Assembly: GCA_017610205.1 (NCBI GenBank)
Contig: JAFCCL010000006.1
Span: 42,475 to 106,474 of the forward strand
Source of the DNA: Candidatus Iainarchaeum sp.
GTDB taxonomy: Archaea; Iainarchaeota; Iainarchaeia; Iainarchaeales; GCA-2688035
Length of the DNA: 64,000 bases
Direction of reading: 5' to 3'
The translations under genes and the position numbers were made by a program. Below the pieces are notes generated by a model. That model was given only the letters and a program-made list of their open reading frames with translations. It was not told the DNA's origin and searched no databases. Positions 58,191-64,000 of this stretch are shown here, piece by piece (within the stretch, counting starts at the first letter, position 1; the number at the start of each line of letters is the position of its first letter).

Positions 58191-59165
58191 ATGAAAAGAT
58201 TGCTTTTTGCCTTAATTATTTTGCTTGCCGCAACAGGAGCAGGTGCTGCTTCAATTGATGTACAGGAAAGCATTCCTGCAAATACTGTCTGGAGCTTTTC
58301 AGTTACATTGCCAAACGGAACAGATTTTGATGATGCAGAGGTTTTGGTTGACGGAAGCAGGATTATTTCTTTCGAGACTGTTGGTTCAAGCCAGACAATT
58401 CAAGCATTTGACGAGGACAGTTCAAGGCTTTTTTCAAGCACAGAGCCTGTTGGCAACACAGTTTATTTCCTTGTATCGCCTTTGGATGACGGAGAGCACA
58501 ATATTGTTTTGAAGGTTGATGACAGCGAGGTTGACGAGGAAAGCGTTGACTTTTTTGAAATTTATGACGCTGATGAAAGGGCTGATTTGCAAAACCAGGT
58601 AACCAGCTTGAAGGGAAGCGTTAATACTCTTGTGTCACAATTTAACAGCATTGAAGAAAGTTTGGGAAGTGCTTTGAAAGAGGAAGACAGGCTTGCACTG
58701 CAGGCAAATATTGACAATTTGCAGGCGTCAATGTCTGAAGTTGAAACAGGTCTTGAAAGCCAAACCGGTGATAATCTTGTAAAAATAAATGCCTTGAATA
58801 AGTATTTGAATGAGCTTGAAATGAGAACAAATGAGCTTGTAAATCCACCGGTTACAGGAATTGGAATGGTGTCGCTTGGAAGCGTTGGAGCAGAAGCACA
58901 GGCTGGAATTCTTTTTGTAATTGTTGCCATTATAGCAGCTGTTCTTGTTGTAAAATTTAAGGACAAGCTTCCAAAAAAAGGTCTTTACAGTAAATCAAAA
59001 AGTGAAGCATCTGTTTTTTCACAGCATGATGAAGACATAGCAGACCAGGTTTTGACCGAGTCACAGAACGCTGAGAAAAGCGGAAAGTGGGCTATTGAAG
59101 GAGCAAAACCAGTAAAGCAGGAAAGAAAGCGCTTTAACGTAGGCGACCTTTTGAGAAAGGACTAA
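58191..59165 (+). CDS. Secreted Ig-like plus coiled-coil protein with TM anchor
   Basis: Signal peptide, acidic coiled coil, VTG motif, TM, cytoplasmic tail. Confidence 0.8.
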   Translation: MKRLLFALIILLAATGAGAASIDVQESIPANTVWSFSVTLPNGTDFDDAEVLVDGSRIISFETVGSSQTIQAFDEDSSRLFSSTEPVGNTVYFLVSPLDDGEHNIVLKVDDSEVDEESVDFFEIYDADERADLQNQVTSLKGSVNTLVSQFNSIEESLGSALKEEDRLALQANIDNLQASMSEVETGLESQTGDNLVKINALNKYLNELEMRTNELVNPPVTGIGMVSLGSVGAEAQAGILFVIVAIIAAVLVVKFKDKLPKKGLYSKSKSEASVFSQHDEDIADQVLTESQNAEKSGKWAIEGAKPVKQERKRFNVGDLLRKD

Positions 59166-59200
59166 GCAGCACTGTTTTTAAAGATTGATTAGGAGCACTA

Positions 59201-59398
59201 CTACGTTTGGTCTTCAATGAATTTTGCAATGCTTCTGTCATAGCTCGCTTCTGCTTTTTTACCGAAATAACAGGCTGGAAGTTCGCCCCGTTCTCGGTGG
59301 AATTTTATGCATTCGCAGCAGATTCCTTTCTTGTCACAGTCGTAAGTGCAGTTGCATTCGTTCAGGTTTTTTTCCTTTTGGCACTCCGTTTGAATCAA
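59201..59398 (-). CDS. Small Cys-rich protein (DUF6485-like)
   Basis: [20 protein letters not shown]...LPACYF. Confidence 0.8.
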   Translation of the reverse strand: MIQTECQKEKNLNECNCTYDCDKKGICCECIKFHRERGELPACYFGKKAEASYDRSIAKFIEDQT

Positions 59399-59528
59399 AA
59401 AAGTAAGGGGTTGAAAAACTATTTAAATTAAGAAGGCATAATAATACTGGTTTTTATGTCTGTTGAAGATTGTGTAATTTTCGGATTTTTTTGAAGGGCA
59501 ACAGACCATTGTTCCTATTTTACCTCCA

Positions 59529-60080
59529 ATGAACGAGATTGTTTTTGCAATAATTTTTGTTGCAATAACCTTGTTTGTTGCATATGTTGCAATAAAGATT
59601 GTGCAAAAAATTGTGAAAAAAGCTGTTGAGAAAAGAGACTTTAATCCAGACATGAAATATCTTGCATACATGGGTGTTTCCTGGGTTGGATGGTTTTTGG
59701 TTGTTCTATGGCTTCTTGGCGAGTTTGGGCAACAGGAACTGGTTGTAGCAATGCTTGCAAGCGGGGGCATAATTGGCTTTGCAATTGCTTTGTCTGCCAA
59801 GGACAGCTTGGCAGGCATTTTTGGAGGGTTATTTTTGCTGCAGGACAAGGACTTTAGTGTAGGGGACAAAATAAAGACAGGCAGTGTTGAAGGGAGAATT
59901 ATTGAGATAGGCATGAGAAAAACAAGAATTAGTCTGCCAAACGGAGTAATAGAAATTGTGCCAAATTGCAAGATTGACAATGGCGGATGGACCCTGTTTC
60001 CAAGGGAAAAACATAGAAAAGGGCCTTTTTTAAAACTCGAAGGCCGGGCAAAAAAAGATTTCCTTGAAAAAAAGAAATGA
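59529..60080 (+). CDS. mscS: Small-conductance mechanosensitive channel domain protein
   Basis: Three TMs; FSVGDKI...EGRIIEIGMRKT...VPN. Confidence 0.85.
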   Translation: MNEIVFAIIFVAITLFVAYVAIKIVQKIVKKAVEKRDFNPDMKYLAYMGVSWVGWFLVVLWLLGEFGQQELVVAMLASGGIIGFAIALSAKDSLAGIFGGLFLLQDKDFSVGDKIKTGSVEGRIIEIGMRKTRISLPNGVIEIVPNCKIDNGGWTLFPREKHRKGPFLKLEGRAKKDFLEKKK

Positions 60081-60172
60081 ATTTTCCAAAAAAAAGACCT
60101 GTTTTTTGGAAAAAAAAAGAAAAAGAATAGGGGGCAAAGACCCCACTTTTCAATTACTTGTTTAACCTTCAA

Positions 60173-60391
60173 TTACTTGTTTAATGCTCCGGCTAAGATT
60201 GCACCGAAAGACAGTATTGCTGCTGATAATACAGCAAAGTCTGCACTAGGAGCCATTCCAAAGACCATTTCGCTTCCTGCACCAATTACCCAAAGAGTTA
60301 TGCCAAAGAATATTACTGCAAGAATAACCAGCATAATTGCGGCAAGAAGGGTCAAAACAAATACTTCAAGAAATTCTGTTACTGCGCCCAT
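60173..60391 (-). CDS. Small two-TM membrane protein
   Basis: ggaggtga RBS; hydrophobic; 17-bp duplication of its 3' end (60149-60165, 60168-60184). Confidence 0.8.
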   Translation of the reverse strand: MGAVTEFLEVFVLTLLAAIMLVILAVIFFGITLWVIGAGSEMVFGMAPSADFAVLSAAILSFGAILAGALNK

Positions 60392-60540
60392 TGTTTCACC
60401 TCCTTTTGTGTTAAGGAAATTTATTAATGTTAAAAACTATGCAAGGTATGGTTTTTTGGTTTTTATAAGAGTTTGGATTTGGAAAAAAACAGAACTTTTT
60501 AGGTAAATGGAAATTTGTGTGAGGGAGGACTCGAACCAGA

Positions 60541-60810
60541 TCATTTGTACATCCTGTCTTTCTTTTTATCAACTTTCAACAGTTCTATTTTTTTATCTTT
60601 CCAGTAAACGTCATAAATTACTCTGATTTTCTGAAGGCGAACGCGGTAAGTATTTTTGCTTCCGCTTAATTTGACAACATTAAATTCATCAACTGGCACA
60701 GGGCTTTCCTTGAGTTTGAGAAACAGGTCAAGAAGTCTCAGTTTGCTTTTTCGTTCAAGTTTCTCAATTTGTTTTCTTATTCTCTTTGATGGCTTGAGTT
60801 CAAATGCCAC
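60541..60810 (-). CDS. relE: RelE/ParE family toxin
   Basis: KLSGSKNTYRVRLQKIRVIY. Confidence 0.88.
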   Translation of the reverse strand: MAFELKPSKRIRKQIEKLERKSKLRLLDLFLKLKESPVPVDEFNVVKLSGSKNTYRVRLQKIRVIYDVYWKDKKIELLKVDKKKDRMYK

Positions 60811-60816
60811 ATTTGC

Positions 60817-61017
60817 TCACTTTGAAAGAATAGAAAAAAGCTCTTTCTCGGAAATTGTTTCGCCATTCTTGATTTCTTGCCTTATCTTATTCAATTCTGC
60901 AAGCTCTTTTTTGCTTAGGTTTACTTCTGGAATTAGCTTCTTTTCAAGCTTACCAACCTTTTCTTCTAAGCTATTAAGCTTCCTATAAACCATTTGCAAA
61001 GTAACATTTTGAACCAT
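60817..61017 (-). CDS. Putative antitoxin
   Basis: Small ORF upstream of relE; LSKKELAEL...GETISEKEL. Confidence 0.75.
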   Translation of the reverse strand: MVQNVTLQMVYRKLNSLEEKVGKLEKKLIPEVNLSKKELAELNKIRQEIKNGETISEKELFSILSK

Positions 61018-61066
61018 AATTTCACATAGCAATATATTGCACTGACTTTGATTTAAATTTATCGTT

Positions 61067-61151
61067 TGCAGGGAGGAGGATTCGAAAGCCGGAAAAATCC
61101 GGCTGAGATTTTCACTTCAATCCATCTCAACAGGGAACCTACGGTTCCCTA
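61067..61151 (-). repeat. 20-bp duplicate of the tRNA-Leu 3' end plus 65-bp triple-hairpin spacer
   Basis: 61067-61086 equals 61152-61171; hairpins agccgga/tccggct, gagat/atctc, agggaacc/ggttccct. Confidence 0.8.
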
Positions 61152-61235
61152 TGCAGGGAGGAGGATTCGAACCCCCGAACGCACTAAGCGACAGCGTCCT
61201 AAGCGCTGCGGGTTTGACCGCTTCCCTATCCCTGC
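61152..61235 (-). tRNA. tRNA-Leu(UAG)
   Basis: GCAGGGA/UCCCUGC-A; CAGCG-CU UAG GA-CGCUG; long variable arm. Confidence 0.95.
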
Positions 61236-61320
61236 CAAACCATTAATTTAAGGTAATAAAAAATGTGTTTGGCAAAGAATTAAAGCTTTGCCCTTTTGGC
61301 ATTTTTCCATTTTGACATTT

Positions 61321-61899
61321 TCAAATTGAGTCAAGCAGTTCGTGCAATGCCTTTTCTTTAATCCAGTCCCCTAGTTTGTGTGTGGCTTTTGCCCTGTGGG
61401 AAATCTTGTTTTTTTCTGCTTTGGTCATTTCCACAATTGCCTTTTTGTACCCGTTTGGAATGAAGATTTTTTCGTAAGGCATTCTGTTAGCATTTGGTTT
61501 TATCACTTTTGAGGTTATCTTTCCTTCAAGTTTTCCTTCAAAGAATTTGTGCTCTGAACCGTCAAAAAAGCATATTGTGCAAAGGAAAAAGGCGTTTCTG
61601 TCCTTGCCTTTAAGCAATTTAAGCAGTCCTTCCAGCCCCAGGCTTTCAAACATTCGTTTGGGCTGGGTTCCTGGAAAGTTCTTGTAGGCCTTGAACCATA
61701 CACCTGTGTCCTCTGTTATTACTGAGGTTCTAAGCTGTTCAAAGGCCTGTTTTGCCTTGTCCAAGGCAATCTTTTTAGGGCTTGTTGAGTCAATTTCTTC
61801 AATTTTTGGGTTTGCATGGTCAATTTCAAGACCGTATTCTTTGAGAACTTCTGAAACCTCTTCAACCTTGTGACTGTTTCCTGTTGCAAAGTAAAGCAT
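61321..61899 (-). CDS. rdgB: Non-canonical purine NTP pyrophosphatase (Ham1)
   Basis: FATGNSHK, EDTG, FPG, KNKISHRAKA. Confidence 0.93.
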   Translation of the reverse strand: MLYFATGNSHKVEEVSEVLKEYGLEIDHANPKIEEIDSTSPKKIALDKAKQAFEQLRTSVITEDTGVWFKAYKNFPGTQPKRMFESLGLEGLLKLLKGKDRNAFFLCTICFFDGSEHKFFEGKLEGKITSKVIKPNANRMPYEKIFIPNGYKKAIVEMTKAEKNKISHRAKATHKLGDWIKEKALHELLDSI

Positions 61900-61916
61900 T
61901 ATTTTTTGACACCTTT

Positions 61917-62837
61917 TTATAGTTTGAAATATATTGCTTTAACTGCGTAATTGTACATTATTTCAAATATAAGAATCCATGTTATTGCAAAGGCTGCTGC
62001 AAGCAAAAATGGCTCTTTTAGGAAGGGAATAAATAAGGCTGGTCCAAGTGTTGAAAGAATGAATGAAATTGCAATTCGGTGGTTTCTGAAAAAGTTTTTT
62101 GAAACCATTTTTTGCTTGTATTTGTGCTTTTCAGCTATTACAAAATCCATCAATGCAGTGTCCTCTGCCTTTTTGCCAATTTCATTAATTATTTGATAGG
62201 CGTTTTCCTGATTGAACAAAAGGCCCCTTATGGTCATTGCATCCATTTTTTGCGAGGCAACTGTTTTAAGCAAAATTGGTTTTGGAATCCTGTTCCTGTA
62301 CTTGCGCATTAAAAGCGAGAAATCTGATTCGTTTAATGGTTCTTTTATTATTTCCTCAAAAATTGCTATTTCCTGCGGCTGCCTTATTATTGTCCGGATT
62401 ATTTCCGGCGGAATGCCTTGGCCTTTTGCTCGGTATGCACGAATTATTGAAAGTGTTAAACGTGGCGGAAGCAAGTTTTTGTTAAGGTGTTTTGCAACCT
62501 GCTTTATTGAAATTTCCTTGTTTTTTATTTTGGATACAATTCCGCGGATTTGAGAATCGTTTGAATAGTATCCCAAAAACTTTCTTATTGGCATTATGTT
62601 TGCAATGCAAAAGCTTGCAAATGCAAGAATTAAAACAAAGGCTTCAAATTCAACAAAGTATTGAAGTATTAAAGGAAAACCAAGCCATAGTAAAAAGATG
62701 AAGATTGCTGTGTGGTATAGGAATCGTGTTTCTTCAGGAATGTTCCAGCCGCGTTCTTCAAGCAATGTTAGGAAAACATCTATTACGCTGAAAAAGGCGT
62801 TGTTTATTTTGTCAAAAAATCCCTTTTTTGGCTCCAT
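61917..62837 (-). CDS. Hypothetical membrane protein (2+2 TMs)
   Basis: 306 aa ORF. Confidence 0.75.
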   Translation of the reverse strand: MEPKKGFFDKINNAFFSVIDVFLTLLEERGWNIPEETRFLYHTAIFIFLLWLGFPLILQYFVEFEAFVLILAFASFCIANIMPIRKFLGYYSNDSQIRGIVSKIKNKEISIKQVAKHLNKNLLPPRLTLSIIRAYRAKGQGIPPEIIRTIIRQPQEIAIFEEIIKEPLNESDFSLLMRKYRNRIPKPILLKTVASQKMDAMTIRGLLFNQENAYQIINEIGKKAEDTALMDFVIAEKHKYKQKMVSKNFFRNHRIAISFILSTLGPALFIPFLKEPFLLAAAFAITWILIFEIMYNYAVKAIYFKL

Positions 62838-63012
62838 GTTAAAACAGTAATATTAGGCGATTGGAAATATTAAGCTTGCCTTTTTGCAAAAAGTGGTATT
62901 TTTGCAGGAAAAAAAAGGAAATTATTCCAGTGTAAAGGCAATTACAGATAGTGATAGAAGGTGGCAAAAGCAATAAAAAGCGAATTAACATTAGTTATTA
63001 CAGGGTGTTTTT

Positions 63013-64000
63013 TTGGAAAAGATTGATTTCAAAAATGTTTTGGCTGAAAAAAAGGAAATTATTTGGAAAGAGTACCAAAAGTATTTGCCTGGAAGTACAA
63101 AGCCTGCCTATGCACAGGACAGGATTCAAGAATACAAGGCAGAGGATGAATTTTTCTGGAAAACTATTTCTGATTACCCTGAAAGGCAGGGAAAGTATAT
63201 TAGAGGAAGCCTGATAATGCTTGCGTGTGAGGCAATGGGAGTTGACGAAAAAAAGGCTGCTTTAACTGCTGCAGCAATGCAGGCAAGCGAGGACTGGATT
63301 TTAATCCACGATGATTTGGAAGACGGTTCTTTGGAGAGAAGAGGCAAACCAGCACTTCACCACATTTACAGCATGGCTCAAACAATTAATGCAGGAGATG
63401 CATTGCATATTGTAATGTGGAAAATGCTTCGCGACAACGAAAAGATTTTGGGAACTGAAAAAACATTTAAGGTCATGGACGAAATGAACAAAATGCTAAT
63501 GCGAACAACGTTGGGACAAAGTGTTGAAATAAAGTGGATTGAAGAAAACAAGCTTGATTTGGATGACAAAGATGTCTTTTTTGTAATTGGAGGAAAGACA
63601 ACCTACTACACTATTTGCGGGCCACTAAGGCTTGGTGGAATAATTTCAGGAATGAACGAAAAGCAGCTTGAGGCATTGTTTGAATTTGGAGTTCCGCTTG
63701 GAAGATGTTTTCAAATAAAGGACGATTTGCTTGACCTTACATCAGACTTTGAGGGATTGAAAAAACAGGTTGGAAACGACATTTTTGAAGGAAAAAGAAC
63801 ACTAATGCTTATGCACTTACTTAAAAATGCTAAAGGAAACGATTTGGAAAAAGTAAAAGAAATTTTGGAGAAACACAGGGAAGAAAAAAGCATGGAAGAA
63901 GTCAAATTTATTATTGATAAAATGCACGAGTATGACAGCATAAAGTACGGTGAGCAAAAGGTAGAAGAATTGAAAAATCAGGCCCTTAAGGCATTTGAAG
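63013..64000 (+). CDS. Polyprenyl diphosphate (GGPP-type) synthase, runs off the window
   Basis: TTG start; GKYIRG, LIHDDLEDGSLERRGKP, GKT, FQIKDDLLD. Confidence 0.93.
   Translation, partial: MEKIDFKNVLAEKKEIIWKEYQKYLPGSTKPAYAQDRIQEYKAEDEFFWKTISDYPERQGKYIRGSLIMLACEAMGVDEKKAALTAAAMQASEDWILIHDDLEDGSLERRGKPALHHIYSMAQTINAGDALHIVMWKMLRDNEKILGTEKTFKVMDEMNKMLMRTTLGQSVEIKWIEENKLDLDDKDVFFVIGGKTTYYTICGPLRLGGIISGMNEKQLEALFEFGVPLGRCFQIKDDLLDLTSDFEGLKKQVGNDIFEGKRTLMLMHLLKNAKGNDLEKVKEILEKHREEKSMEEVKFIIDKMHEYDSIKYGEQKVEELKNQALKAFE

Overview
AT-rich archaeal chromosome segment. Thermosome, Alba, Sec61beta, DHS, class III pilins, box C/D sRNA and tRNAs without encoded CCA point to Archaea, and the small basic orphans plus a sigma-70-like gene suggest a DPANN lineage, possibly Diapherotrites/Iainarchaeota (inference). 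Housekeeping genes include scpB, rnhB, aspartate kinase, thermosome, ileS, deoxyhypusine synthase, Alba, rdgB and a polyprenyl synthase. Also present are a complete type IV pilus locus (5983-18012), a glycan cluster, an intein-containing HerA-like ATPase, three tRNAs (Ile-UAU, Val-CAC, Leu-UAG), the end of an IS200-like element, an inactivated ISH3-family IS and about seven toxin-antitoxin pairs. Main observations: (1) integrase-free TA cassettes stacked at the 3' end of a box C/D sRNA, each closed by an attR-like copy of the sRNA end, with similar bracketing repeats at tRNA-Leu and at promoter-like sequences; (2) a bacterial-type sigma factor, one of several orphans carrying a K/R/P-rich N-terminal tail; (3) a rare tRNA-Ile(UAU) with an unexplained 88-nt structured leader directly upstream of ileS; (4) a GH63-like hydrolase whose usual N-terminal motif sits near the C-terminus; (5) a helically phased TCATGA array at a wHTH/HerA gene pair. 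All calls come from reading the sequence by eye; no searches were run.
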